This document shows, in pieces, positions 39,601 through 49,062 of a stretch of DNA of 64,000 nt. A program made the translations under genes and the position numbers. Where the stretch lies: NCBI GenBank assembly GCA_031411295.1, contig JANOAV010000037.1:63976-127975 (forward strand). The letters are read 5' to 3'. A model generated the notes under the pieces. It was not told the DNA's origin and searched no databases. It saw only the letters and a program-made list of their open reading frames with translations. Position 1 is the first letter of the stretch; every line of letters starts with the position of its first letter. This stretch comes from Verrucomicrobiales bacterium (GTDB lineage Bacteria > Verrucomicrobiota > Verrucomicrobiia > Verrucomicrobiales > V1-33).

Positions 39601-39820
39601 TGTCATTTGGACCATAGAATACGCCATCACCCTAACCGGCCCATGGACCACCATCGCCACCCGCAATCCCGCGCAGCCCTGGCAAGCCACCGCCGGGGGT
39701 CCGGTCCATACGATCACTGCCCTAACTACCGGAGCTGATACCACCACCTACCGTTTCCTGCGCCCAGCCACCACCTCCCCAAGCGGCTTCTACCGCCTAG
39801 CCGCCCGTTCCATTCCCTGA
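36602..39820 (+). CDS. secreted multidomain metallophosphoesterase (purple acid phosphatase-like)
   Basis: Signal peptide; FGDYG, LGDNNY, IGNHDY, CHH, AHAH; C-terminal module ADPDQDNLPNFLEYAL...GFYRL. Confidence 0.85.
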   Translation: MKRTLIAIWLLSHTLPGLQAANLTQTVVSETAQNYWQVPAFLPDGANNVTNPATPTNATNPSDWNKFLPTLWSTFNTPPAKGALTTNYWHTGNLTTTTQKGGLGYDTSTTSYDYGVFLDSISRVDVLAELYLKETRLNVRIPFAIPPEVFVATISKVELVLRFDDGFGAWLASSQAPDGVKLAADLEPTADNLMSAGRTDDQSVLTKTYDVTTAFVANAVSGNQNVLCLRGYNNSKSSSDFLLQSKLVITYPGPDPIMSLPWTHTEPKGASIFSAHQLLSLFPNEVRTASVALQSGQFLSVAGNDATANANWGLQILDPSGGIVADGCLCQLEPLFCPPATTAGTYQIKVINRTSLGRTFTLDAAINAAVVYGSRAAPLDLGNKFRPSPTGGWEPLGVLCNAPASATAAVPQSWELNLPAGVSLLQFGWDGTAGSVAAASMLVENVTTGLSANFSPGTRSRTVVANDASLGALGSAKLRVTLTGPLAGFSGVFTVSPEQALEQEPDPPQDQVESTSGGVRSGQIGLGANLATTTKFAMFGDYGAATVNEAAVATLVKSWNPDFIVSLGDNNYLPVTSMANWETAVGNYYGDYILGRTDGLYPKQTATEQRFFALIGNHDYGTGSGLGIAAAILNGNNSYFRAYFIDNASGGAPRLPISSGRADSTGIYYEFVKGSCHFFMIDSNQTLTNPDFLTETQNWLTTRIAASTSRWKILACHHSSYGTSNNYNTTAQMTWVASVPGIDVVLQAHAHVYERLQVNQTTILNVGTGGTSLYSFGANPIPEDRFRSANYGAVLASASDNGLKFQYFPTNPNSSPTDTVVLGSEYANDRDRYVFAPVPWSTTRFKVSPKIYPLGLTNQLQPKLEVLDATGNVLASATAASPGGSISLDWLQTTALNGLNVRLGGVGSGQGEYLLEETPLMASSYQTWLTQHFPAVNAPEAQPTADPDQDNLPNFLEYALTALPRSPDAPQASARMPVPVKLPTGAAGIDLTQRNTLPPDVIWTIEYAITLTGPWTTIATRNPAQPWQATAGGPVHTITALTTGADTTTYRFLRPATTSPSGFYRLAARSIP

Positions 39821-39824
39821 GGGT

Positions 39825-39856
39825 GAGTGTGGCAGCAGTCCGCTGGACTGCTGAAT
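39825..39856 (+). repeat. REP-like element (GTGG + palindrome), copy 1
   Basis: gagtgtggcagcagtccgctggactgctgaat, identical to 57669-57700. Confidence 0.85.
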
Positions 39857-39992
39857 TCCCATCTCAAGCAAATCCGATGACTCCAATTTAAATAAGCGCA
39901 AATTTTTGTTTACCAAGCGCGCAGGGAGTTGGTAAAAGGAAGGATCCCACGACAGCCCACCATGGCTGCCCCGTTTCCTCCCCTAATTCCTC

Positions 39993-42900
39993 ATGATGCT
40001 GTTTTCCTCTCGGCTTCTCTGTGCTTGGTTTGCGCTGCTTGTTGCTGCGTCCGCCATTCAGATCAGTGAAATTTTACCCGACAACCAAGGCGGTCTGCAG
40101 GATGAAGACGGCGGTTCTCCGGGCTGGATCGAACTTTATAACGAGTCCACCGCTGCGGCCACGATCACCGGTTGGCACCTCACGGATGATGCTGCGTTGC
40201 CTGCAAAATGGACGTTTCCTGCAACGACGGTAGCGGCCAAGGGCTATCTGGTGGTGTTCGCTTCAGGGAAAAATCGAGCGGTGAGTGGCAGTAACCTGCA
40301 CACGAATTTCAAGTTGGACCCGGATGGAGAGTATCTGGCCCTGACCGATGCCACGGGCGCGGTGGTGGTGAGTTTCACCCCAAAGTATGCCAAGCTGCGC
40401 ACGAATGTTTCCTATGCGGTGACGACTGAGGAGCCGGTCGCCAACTTGATCACAGAGCCTGCTAGCGCGAAATATTTCGTGCCTGCGGATGGAGCGCTGG
40501 GACAGACTTGGACGGCTCCCGGCTTTGTGGATACGGCTTGGAGCACGGGCAACTCACCACTGGGATTTGATGCTCCAGGATTTAAATACGACATCAAAAC
40601 GGTTAACTCCATCAGCACCATTCCTGCCCCCTCAGGCTGGTCGGGGGTAACGTTTCCTAGTGTCACCGAAGGGACGACCACGGTCACAACATCCTCCGTC
40701 ACGAATGGCGGCATCACGCTGAAAATCGATGCCATCGGCCCTGGGGTCACCCTTTCCAGTCGCAATCGCCAGGCTGGCACCACGGACAACATGGTGGACA
40801 CGACAAGCCTGAATAACGTGGGCGAGGACTTTATCTTCGGGCTTGGCAGCACCCACACCGCCGGCACCGCCCGCGGCTTGGATCTCACCATCAGCGGACT
40901 CACCGCCAACACCGTCTATCCGGTTACGCTCTGGGCCTATGATCGGGCCAGCGCCACCGCTCGGGTTGCCGCGTGGACGGATTTAACCAGCAGCGCCACG
41001 GCCACCCTCTCCTTCAACGGAGCGGATGGTCAACTCGCGAATGATGCAGCCTTCAATCTGCGGTCCATCACCATCAACGCCACCACAAATGCCAGTGGCC
41101 AGATCCTGCTCCAAGGCCGCACCACCACTGGCAGTCATGCCACCAGCCACAACCTTTACCTAAACGCAGTGCAAGTCGGGATCGCTGGCTTCAACTCCGT
41201 CGTGAACACCAATGTCTCCAGCACGTTGCAGAACAACAGTGCCTCACTCTACACCCGCAACGTTTTCTCCGTGGCCAATCCGGCACCGTATGATCGCCTG
41301 CGACTTCGGGTGCGCTACGACGATGGGTTTAACGCTTATTTGAACGGTCAATTGATCGCCTCCCGCAATGCTCCCGCTGTGGTGGCATGGAATAATTTTG
41401 CCACGGCAGATCACCTGAAAGCACAGTCCTTGGTGCCGGAGGAAATCATCGTCAATCTCACGCCCGGGATGTTACTAACAGGCTCCAACGTGTTTGCCAT
41501 GCAGGGCCTGAAACAAATTAGCGCGGATCCAGATTTCCTGCTCTCGACCACACTCGATGCGCTGGGTCCGCTCGCCACTGCCGCCCGCTACTACGCCACG
41601 CCAACGCCCGGTGCGGCCAACTCCACTGCCTTCACGGGCTATGTGGCGGACACGAAATTCAGTGTTAGTCGTGGCTACTACACCACGCCTCAGAGTGTTG
41701 CCATCACCTGTGTCACGCCTGATGCCATCATCCGCTACACCACCGATGGCAGCGCACCCACGGCCACTACGGGAAATATTTATTCCACCCCAATCAACGT
41801 TAGTCAAACTACCAACCTTCGTGCCGCAGCTTACCTAACGGGCTGGATTCCCAGCAACGTGGATACCCAGAGTTATCTTTTCCTAGCCAATATCATTTCC
41901 CAACCCGCCGCCCCCGCCGGTTGGCCCACGACTTGGGGAATAAACGCCACTATCAATGCGAACGATGGCACGGGCGATGGCACCATTCCCGGGACGTATG
42001 CCATGGATCAGCGTGTCGTGACGAACACGGCTCCAGGTTACGGTATGAACGAGGCTTTTACCGCTATCCCGACGTTGTCCATCGCCATGGCTCCGGCGGA
42101 TTTTCTGGGAGCGAACGGTATTTATCAAAACCCACTTTCCATCGGGGTGGCGTGGGAACGAAATACCTCCGTGGAATTAATCGACCCCACCGCCTCAGAG
42201 CCCGGCTTCCATGAGACCTGCCGCATCGAAATTCATGGCAACAGCAGTCGCAATCCCTGGCGGATGCAGAAGCACTCGATGCGTTTGTCTTTCAAAGCGG
42301 ACTATGGGGTGCCTCAACTAACGTATCCCTTCTTCCCGAACGATAAATTTGATAACATCAACAAACTAATTCTCCGCGCGACATTTACCGATGGCTGGGG
42401 CTTGGTTAGCTGGACGTCCACCCGCTATCGACCCGATGATTCCGTGATGTTTCGCGATGTCTGGATGCGCCGCACGTGGGAGGCCATGGGGAATATGTCG
42501 CCAGAAAGCCGGTTCGTGCATGTGGTCATTAACGGCCTTTACTGGGGCGTCTATGACGCCTCGGAGCACATCGATGCAGACTATGTGGCCGCGCATCAAG
42601 GTGGGCTGGCGACTGATTATGAAGTGGTGAGCGATTTCGTGGACCCGGACCCCTCCGCCACCAGTCCTTGGAAATCCATGTTCACTGCCGCCGCAGCGGA
42701 TCTCAGCGTGCAGGCCAACTACCAAGCGGTGCTCCAGTGGTTGGACCCGGTAAATTTTGCGGACTATTATCTGCTGCATCAGTTCGCGGAGGCGGAAGAC
42801 TGGCCGCACCACAATGGCGCGGCTTGGAGAAACAAAGTTGTTCCTGGCTCCAAGTATAAGTGGCTGGCATGGGATCAGGAAATTGCGTTGGAGGAAACGG

Positions 42901-44423
42901 GGGCGACCAATGGCCACAACATTGACCGCGTTTCCCCGAACGCACCTAACACCACCACGGCTCGCACCCCGGGCGCCCTGTGGAATGCACTGCGGGCCAA
43001 TAAGGAATGGCGACTGCTGGTGGCGGATCGGGCTCACGCACTGTTAAATAATAACGGCCCGCTTTCGCAAGCTGTTGCCATTGCCCGCTGGCAGCAAGTG
43101 GCCGGCACGCTGGACAAAGCCATCGTGGCTGAAAGCGCTCGCTGGGGAGACACCGTTAGCGAACTGCCTTACGGTGGTGACGATACCGTCGCTGTTGGCG
43201 GTGGCACGCCCGCAGAGCTGCTCGCCCGCAAGCGCAGTCGTGCTGGCGTGCCGCTGAAAGATCCCTACCTGCGCGATCCGGATTGGATCGGTGCGGTAAA
43301 TTACGTTTCCAACACCTGGATTCCCAGCCTGCATAACCGCGCCAACTCCTTCGCCACCATCAATCGACTGGCCAACCAAACGCTGCCCTTCTGGCCATCC
43401 ACGGAGCCTCCATCGTTCGCTCAGTATGGCGGCAACGTTCCCAATGGCTACCAACTCTCCATCACGACACCCACCGCCGGAGCCGCCATTTACTACACCA
43501 CGAACGGCAGTGATCCTCGGGCGGCCGTGACTGGAAATGCCAGCGGCACCATGCTCAGTGGCAGCGCCACCCTCAACGCTACCGGTCATGTCAAAGCGCG
43601 TGCGGTGGTGGGCACGCCCGGCAGCGGCACGGAGATCTGGAGTGCCCTCACTGATGCGGAGTTCATTGTCGGCACGGCCGCCAGCGCTGCGAACCTGGCC
43701 ATTAGTGAAATTTACTATCATCCGCCTGATCTTAGCACGGAATTGGAATTCGTGGAGCTAGTGAATTTCAGCAACGGCGTGATTGACCTCACCAACGTGC
43801 GTTTCACGGCCGGCATCACATACGCTTTCCCTGATGGGACCTTGCTGACCGCAGGCCAGCGCATCGTCGTGACTGGTGCGCAGTTTACTGGCAAGCTGGA
43901 TAACAATGGCGAAGTGCTGACCCTGCTGGCCGCCGACGACAGCGTGATCCAAAGTTTCCGCTACAACGATGCCGCCCCCTGGCCGGGCGAAACCGATGGC
44001 CAGGGCCGCTCGTTAGTCTGCGCAGCCCCGGGCGCAAATCCCGCTGATCCCGTCAACTGGCGTGCCAGCACGGTCATGGGCGGAACGCCGGGCACCAGTG
44101 ACAGCACCACGTTCACCGGCAGCCCCACGGCTGATAGCAATGCCGACGGCACTTCGGATTTCCTGGCCTATGCGTTGGGCGGAATTCCCGAGTTCACCGT
44201 GGCGGAAATCAATGGTGCTTGGACATTTACTTTCACACGATCCTCTGTTGCGGATGACGTTATCGTGACACCTCGAGTTAGCGACAATCTTTCTGACTGG
44301 GTCACCACTGGAACGTTAGTTAGCCGCTCCCCGCTTCTGGATGGTCGGATGAGCGAAGTGTGGAGCGCCCCAGTGACCAGCTCAAATCGCATATTCTTCC
44401 AATTACGCGCTGCCCTGCGTTGA
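39993..44423 (+). CDS. secreted lamin-tail domain / Fn3-associated / CotH kinase protein
   Basis: IQISEILPDN...GWIELYN (LTD), IRYTTDGSAP, IHGNSSR...KHSMRL...INGLYWGVYDASE...DWPHHN...AWDQE (CotH), ISEIYYHP (second LTD). Confidence 0.88.
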   Translation: MMLFSSRLLCAWFALLVAASAIQISEILPDNQGGLQDEDGGSPGWIELYNESTAAATITGWHLTDDAALPAKWTFPATTVAAKGYLVVFASGKNRAVSGSNLHTNFKLDPDGEYLALTDATGAVVVSFTPKYAKLRTNVSYAVTTEEPVANLITEPASAKYFVPADGALGQTWTAPGFVDTAWSTGNSPLGFDAPGFKYDIKTVNSISTIPAPSGWSGVTFPSVTEGTTTVTTSSVTNGGITLKIDAIGPGVTLSSRNRQAGTTDNMVDTTSLNNVGEDFIFGLGSTHTAGTARGLDLTISGLTANTVYPVTLWAYDRASATARVAAWTDLTSSATATLSFNGADGQLANDAAFNLRSITINATTNASGQILLQGRTTTGSHATSHNLYLNAVQVGIAGFNSVVNTNVSSTLQNNSASLYTRNVFSVANPAPYDRLRLRVRYDDGFNAYLNGQLIASRNAPAVVAWNNFATADHLKAQSLVPEEIIVNLTPGMLLTGSNVFAMQGLKQISADPDFLLSTTLDALGPLATAARYYATPTPGAANSTAFTGYVADTKFSVSRGYYTTPQSVAITCVTPDAIIRYTTDGSAPTATTGNIYSTPINVSQTTNLRAAAYLTGWIPSNVDTQSYLFLANIISQPAAPAGWPTTWGINATINANDGTGDGTIPGTYAMDQRVVTNTAPGYGMNEAFTAIPTLSIAMAPADFLGANGIYQNPLSIGVAWERNTSVELIDPTASEPGFHETCRIEIHGNSSRNPWRMQKHSMRLSFKADYGVPQLTYPFFPNDKFDNINKLILRATFTDGWGLVSWTSTRYRPDDSVMFRDVWMRRTWEAMGNMSPESRFVHVVINGLYWGVYDASEHIDADYVAAHQGGLATDYEVVSDFVDPDPSATSPWKSMFTAAAADLSVQANYQAVLQWLDPVNFADYYLLHQFAEAEDWPHHNGAAWRNKVVPGSKYKWLAWDQEIALEETGATNGHNIDRVSPNAPNTTTARTPGALWNALRANKEWRLLVADRAHALLNNNGPLSQAVAIARWQQVAGTLDKAIVAESARWGDTVSELPYGGDDTVAVGGGTPAELLARKRSRAGVPLKDPYLRDPDWIGAVNYVSNTWIPSLHNRANSFATINRLANQTLPFWPSTEPPSFAQYGGNVPNGYQLSITTPTAGAAIYYTTNGSDPRAAVTGNASGTMLSGSATLNATGHVKARAVVGTPGSGTEIWSALTDAEFIVGTAASAANLAISEIYYHPPDLSTELEFVELVNFSNGVIDLTNVRFTAGITYAFPDGTLLTAGQRIVVTGAQFTGKLDNNGEVLTLLAADDSVIQSFRYNDAAPWPGETDGQGRSLVCAAPGANPADPVNWRASTVMGGTPGTSDSTTFTGSPTADSNADGTSDFLAYALGGIPEFTVAEINGAWTFTFTRSSVADDVIVTPRVSDNLSDWVTTGTLVSRSPLLDGRMSEVWSAPVTSSNRIFFQLRAALR

Positions 44424-44438
44424 TTATGAACCCTCATT

Positions 44439-44623
44439 AAAGTAGCCGTCATCGCTCCGCGTGACGGCATTCGCCAGCGGGAGTTCGCGAGTTATCATCT
44501 GCCATAACCTGCGCAGATCGGCCCGCCCCCAGGAGGCAGGGATGTGAGTTGCTAGCAATTCCGGAAGTCATTGCCACAAGGTGAATCGTGCAGGTCATCA
44601 CGCGGAGCGATGATGACTACTTT
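44439..44623. repeat. REPIN-like inverted REP doublet (GTAG type)
   Basis: aaaGTAGccgtcatcgctccgcgtgacggc (44439-44468) and an inverted aaaGTAGtcatcatcgctccgcgtgatgac (44594-44623), between convergent genes. Confidence 0.9.
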
Positions 44624-44648
44624 GGCTCGGCCATGCGAAGTGCCTACT

Positions 44649-45764
44649 TCACAGCGCCTCCAAGAACCGCTGATAGAACCCAACTCCTTCCTCCAAATCA
44701 GCCAAGGAAAGAAACTCATCACACGTGTGTGCCTGCGCGATGCTCCCTGGGCCCGCTGCCACGCCTGGGATTCCAGCTGCCGCCAGCCACGCAGCATCAC
44801 AGAACCAAGGGGCTCCGGCCAAGCCATTGCCCACGCTGGCCAGCTTCTGCACGAAGGGATTCTGCGGATCGGTATCCAGCGGAGCGCACTCGCCAAACGA
44901 TCTTATTTCCACGTCCTCACCTGCCAGGAATTCCTCCAGTAGAGCCATAGCTCCGCGTTGGTGGAGGAGCGGCGTGAAACGAATATCAAGAGAAGCCTGA
45001 CACAAGTCAGCCACGATATTCTTGCGCGCCCCACCACGGATGGTCCCAAAATTTACGGTGCTCCGTCCTAACGCCGGGTGTTCAAATTGAGCATCGCCCA
45101 CTTGGCGAACGAAGTCTTTGGAAAGGCGCTGCAGGATGGGCAGCATTTTCAAAATGGCATTCTCTCCCAACTCGGGCGTGGCTCCGTGCACGGCTTTGCC
45201 GCGTGTGGTTAGGTCCACCCAGAGCGATCCCTTGTGCGTATGCACCACCTGACAATTCGTCGGCTCACCCACCAGTGCGAAATCATAGTCCGGGTGATGT
45301 CTCCCAAAATGCTTCGAGCCGTATTGCGAACTCTCTTCTCCCATGAGTCCCACAAAGGTGATCTCTGCGCCCAAGTGGGGGAGCCGATCCCGCAGATTCT
45401 CCAAAGCCGCCAGCATGGCTGCGGCAGTGCCTTTAGTATCGCTGGCTCCACGACCCCAGAGTTTGCCCTCCCGAATCTCTGCCCCAAAGGGATCGATCGT
45501 CATGCCCCCCACGGAAACAGTGTCCAGATGCGGTGCCAGCAGCACTTTCGGCTTCGCGCCCGCAGCATGGAATCGGGCAATTACATTGGGTCGCCCTGGC
45601 ATCACTTCATCGAAGGTCACGTGAGCCCCAAGCTGCCGCAGGAACGCTCCAACCCATTCGGCACAGGCCAATTCGCCAGTCTGTTCGGTCCCCGGATCAC
45701 CATCCGGGTTGACACTGGGAATGCGCACTAACGTTTGTAGGATTTCCGTCGCTCGGGTTAACAT
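44649..45764 (-). CDS. M20 family ArgE/DapE-like deacylase
   Basis: HLDTV, GRGASDTKG, GEE, VGEPT, AHTCDE. Confidence 0.9.
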   Translation of the reverse strand: MLTRATEILQTLVRIPSVNPDGDPGTEQTGELACAEWVGAFLRQLGAHVTFDEVMPGRPNVIARFHAAGAKPKVLLAPHLDTVSVGGMTIDPFGAEIREGKLWGRGASDTKGTAAAMLAALENLRDRLPHLGAEITFVGLMGEESSQYGSKHFGRHHPDYDFALVGEPTNCQVVHTHKGSLWVDLTTRGKAVHGATPELGENAILKMLPILQRLSKDFVRQVGDAQFEHPALGRSTVNFGTIRGGARKNIVADLCQASLDIRFTPLLHQRGAMALLEEFLAGEDVEIRSFGECAPLDTDPQNPFVQKLASVGNGLAGAPWFCDAAWLAAAGIPGVAAGPGSIAQAHTCDEFLSLADLEEGVGFYQRFLEAL

Positions 45765-45931
45765 GCACCGAATGGAACATCACTCGTGGCGTCATGCACG
45801 GGGAAAATTTCATTTCGTGAAATTGCCCGCCGCCCCCGAGGTTACGTAGTGACTCAAGTCTCGGGAGTGTGTTATGTTGCCTCGAAGAAAATAGGATCGA
45901 GCTGATTCTCAGCCTCCGCACCCATTCACGC

Positions 45932-48277
45932 ATGTTCAAGTTTCCCTTTCCCCAATTAGCATTTGTGCTCTGTCTGGCCTCATCCGCCAAGGCAGCGGGG
46001 GCGGCCGAACCTGCCCCGGAGCAGTTGGAGTTTTTCGAGCATAAAGTGCGGCCGCTGTTGGTGGACCATTGCTACGGTTGCCATTCGGCGGAGGCAGAAG
46101 CGAAGGGGAAACTGAAGGCGGGGCTGCACCTGGATTCGCTGGCGGGCATGATGCAGGGCGGGGACTCTGGAGCCGCGCTAACGCCAGGTGACCCTGCCAA
46201 AAGCCTCATCGTGGAGGCCGTCAATTACAGCAATGAAGACATGACTATGCCGCCCAAGGCCAAGCTACCAGAGGCGCAGATTCAAGTGCTGACCGAATGG
46301 GTGAAAATTGGCGCACCCTGGCCGGGAGCCAGTGCGACTCCCGCGCTGGCGCAGAAACACGGCGGTGAGCCTTATGATTGGGCGAAATTTCGCAGCGAGC
46401 ATTGGTCCTTCAAGCCCATCGTCAAAGCGGTCGTGCCGGATGTTAGGGGTAACGATTGGCCGCGCTCGGAGATTGATCATTTCGTGCTCGCTAAACTAAA
46501 CGAGAATTCCCTAACGCCGAATCCGCCTGCCGCCAAGCACCTGCTGATCCGGCGGGCCTACTTGGATCTCATCGGCCTCCCGCCAACTCCTGAGCAGGTC
46601 TCCGCTTTCCTGACGGATGAATCAGCGGATGCTTTGGCCAAAGTCGTCGATGCGCTCCTGCGCTCTGAACATTACGGAGAACGTTGGGCGCGTCATTGGC
46701 TGGATGTGGCCCGCTATAGCGAAGCGCATGGCGGCTTCGGTGATCAACCGCTGCCGAATACTTGGCGTTATCGTGACTGGGTAGTTAGGGCGTTTAATTC
46801 GGATCTTCCCTATGATCAGTTTCTAACCTATCAGATCGCAGGGGATTTGCTGGACGATAAGCCCGATCCTGCGGGCACGGGATTTTTTGCCGTGGGACCG
46901 CACTATTTGGGAGATGGCGGAGACCCCGAGGCTAAAGCGCAGGCGGAAGCGGAGACGCTGGCCGATCGGGTCGATACCTTTTCCCGCGGACTGCTGGGGC
47001 TCACGGTCGCCTGTGCCCGCTGTCATGATCACAAGTTCGATCCCATCACCACGAAGGACTACTATGCGATTGCTGGGGTGTTCAAGAACACTCGTCGCGA
47101 AGATTTCCCCTGCGCTCCGCAAGCTGAGGTGGACGCGTTCAAAGTCGCGCAGCAGGCGATTAAGGAGCAGGAGAAGCAGGTCAATGACTGGCTCCAGGAC
47201 GCTGCCAAACGAATGAACGTGAAGAAAGGGGAAGTCGAAAAAATGCTCGATGATCAATCCAAGACGGAGCTTGCCGGATTGCGGGCCGAGTTGGAACAAC
47301 GCAAGAAGGCCGCCCCGCCGATGTATGCCACGGTCCATGGGCTCATGGATTCCGGCCATGCCGACATGCCGGTGGCGCTGCGAGGCGATCTCCGCAAACC
47401 TGGAGAAGTGGCCCCACGTCGTTTCCTTGAGATCGTGGCCGGTAAAGAAAGTCCACCTTACACCAAGGGCAGCGGACGTTTGGAGCTGGCCCGCTCGGTA
47501 ACTGCGGCTAACAACCCGTTGACGGCCCGCGTCATCGTGAATCGGGTCTGGGGTTGGCACTTTGGCGAAGGCCTCGTGCGCACGCCTAGCAACTTCGGGA
47601 TGCTCGGGGAGAAACCCACGCATCCAGAGTTGCTGGATTGGCTGGCGGCGGACTTCATGGAGCACGGATGGTCATTGCAGCGACTCCACCGGCAGATCCT
47701 GCTCTCGTCCACCTGGCAAATGAGCACTCATTTCGCTAAAGAGAAGTTCACTCGCGATGGCGACAACCGACTGCTCTGGCGGATGAATCCAGGGAAACTC
47801 GAAGTTGAAGCTTGGCGGGATTCCCTGCTGGCCGTGACCGGGGAGCTGGACCGCAGCATCGGTGGGCCACCAGCCAATGAGATTTGGCAAAGCAAACGCC
47901 GCACCCTGTATGTTAGCACCAGTCGCACGGGAGAAGTCTATAACGCTGATCAGTTCCTGCGCCTGTTCGATGCGCCAGCCTCCGTTGCCTCCACCGAGAA
48001 GCGCGTCACCAGCACCGTGCCCCAGCAATACCTCTTCATGATGAACAGCCCATTTATGAAAGAACGCTCACAGGCGTTAGGAGACTGGATGCGCACCCGT
48101 CCCGGGGATCGCACCGCTCAGGTCAGCGCCACCTACCAACTACTTTACTCCCGCCTACCAGAGCCGGTCGAACAGCAACTAGCTGTCGAGTGGTTGGGCG
48201 AAAATCCCGCCCCTGAACGCTGGCAGCGTTATGCTCAGACCTTGCTTAGTGCTCACGAGTTTATCCAAATTCAGTGA
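45932..48277 (+). CDS. planctomycete cytochrome c / DUF1549 / DUF1553 protein
   Basis: CYGCH, HWSFKP, YGERWARHWLDVARY, CARCHDHKFDP, TARVIVNRVW, THPELLDWLA. Confidence 0.92.
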   Translation: MFKFPFPQLAFVLCLASSAKAAGAAEPAPEQLEFFEHKVRPLLVDHCYGCHSAEAEAKGKLKAGLHLDSLAGMMQGGDSGAALTPGDPAKSLIVEAVNYSNEDMTMPPKAKLPEAQIQVLTEWVKIGAPWPGASATPALAQKHGGEPYDWAKFRSEHWSFKPIVKAVVPDVRGNDWPRSEIDHFVLAKLNENSLTPNPPAAKHLLIRRAYLDLIGLPPTPEQVSAFLTDESADALAKVVDALLRSEHYGERWARHWLDVARYSEAHGGFGDQPLPNTWRYRDWVVRAFNSDLPYDQFLTYQIAGDLLDDKPDPAGTGFFAVGPHYLGDGGDPEAKAQAEAETLADRVDTFSRGLLGLTVACARCHDHKFDPITTKDYYAIAGVFKNTRREDFPCAPQAEVDAFKVAQQAIKEQEKQVNDWLQDAAKRMNVKKGEVEKMLDDQSKTELAGLRAELEQRKKAAPPMYATVHGLMDSGHADMPVALRGDLRKPGEVAPRRFLEIVAGKESPPYTKGSGRLELARSVTAANNPLTARVIVNRVWGWHFGEGLVRTPSNFGMLGEKPTHPELLDWLAADFMEHGWSLQRLHRQILLSSTWQMSTHFAKEKFTRDGDNRLLWRMNPGKLEVEAWRDSLLAVTGELDRSIGGPPANEIWQSKRRTLYVSTSRTGEVYNADQFLRLFDAPASVASTEKRVTSTVPQQYLFMMNSPFMKERSQALGDWMRTRPGDRTAQVSATYQLLYSRLPEPVEQQLAVEWLGENPAPERWQRYAQTLLSAHEFIQIQ

Positions 48278-48285
48278 GGTGAATT

Positions 48286-48987
48286 TTACGGACGTCCCAA
48301 GCGGGAATAATCGGCGGCCAGCTTCTCACGACCCAGGGCATCCGCGGCCTTGGCGAGCAAGCGATAGGTCGCTTTGATCTCTGCGGGAGCCACGGACGGG
48401 TGGGATTGGAGGATCCGGAGCGCACGCTCATGCCATTGGAGTGCTTCCTCCGCCTTGCCGAGCCCCAGACTGCTTTGTCCCAACAAATTGGCGGCGGCGG
48501 CGGTGGGAGAGGACTCTTCTCCCGTGAGCCGCTGCTGCGCGGAAAGCGCCTTGCGCCCGTATTCGGTGGCCTTGGCGGCATCGCCCAAATTTAAACAAAG
48601 TTTCGCCAGGGCGAAGCAAAGGGTCACGCCCTCCGTGCGTTCGAGAATACCGGAAGCCGCCGCCTCGGTCATTGCTTTCTGGCAAAAATCTGCCGCTTTA
48701 GCTGCGTCTCCGCGGAGTTCATTGAGCAGGGCCAATTGGGTCCAGACATGAGTTGCCAGCGCAGGGTCCGGTTGTTTCATTTCTTTGTAAACCACCGACG
48801 CTTCACGCAGCAAAGATTCGGCCTGTGGGATCTCCCCATTGCGCACCCGCAAGTCAGCCAGGGTCAGCAATTGCTGAATCAGATGGGGGCGGCGTTTGTC
48901 ATCCTCCGATACATACAACCGCGCATACTGCACGCCCCGCAAGGCGGCACGGATTTCATCAGGAGTGGGAGGGGTGGGGGAGGACAT
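48286..48987 (-). CDS. tetratricopeptide repeat protein
   Basis: Repeated LG/LA...G...A...ERAL helical motifs. Confidence 0.8.
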   Translation of the reverse strand: MSSPTPPTPDEIRAALRGVQYARLYVSEDDKRRPHLIQQLLTLADLRVRNGEIPQAESLLREASVVYKEMKQPDPALATHVWTQLALLNELRGDAAKAADFCQKAMTEAAASGILERTEGVTLCFALAKLCLNLGDAAKATEYGRKALSAQQRLTGEESSPTAAAANLLGQSSLGLGKAEEALQWHERALRILQSHPSVAPAEIKATYRLLAKAADALGREKLAADYSRLGRP

Positions 48988-49062
48988 GGATTGGAATTCC
49001 GCTCAGTCTATAGCGAGCGCGGCCATTTTTGCATGGGAAACTTTATCGTTGGCGTGGCGTTC

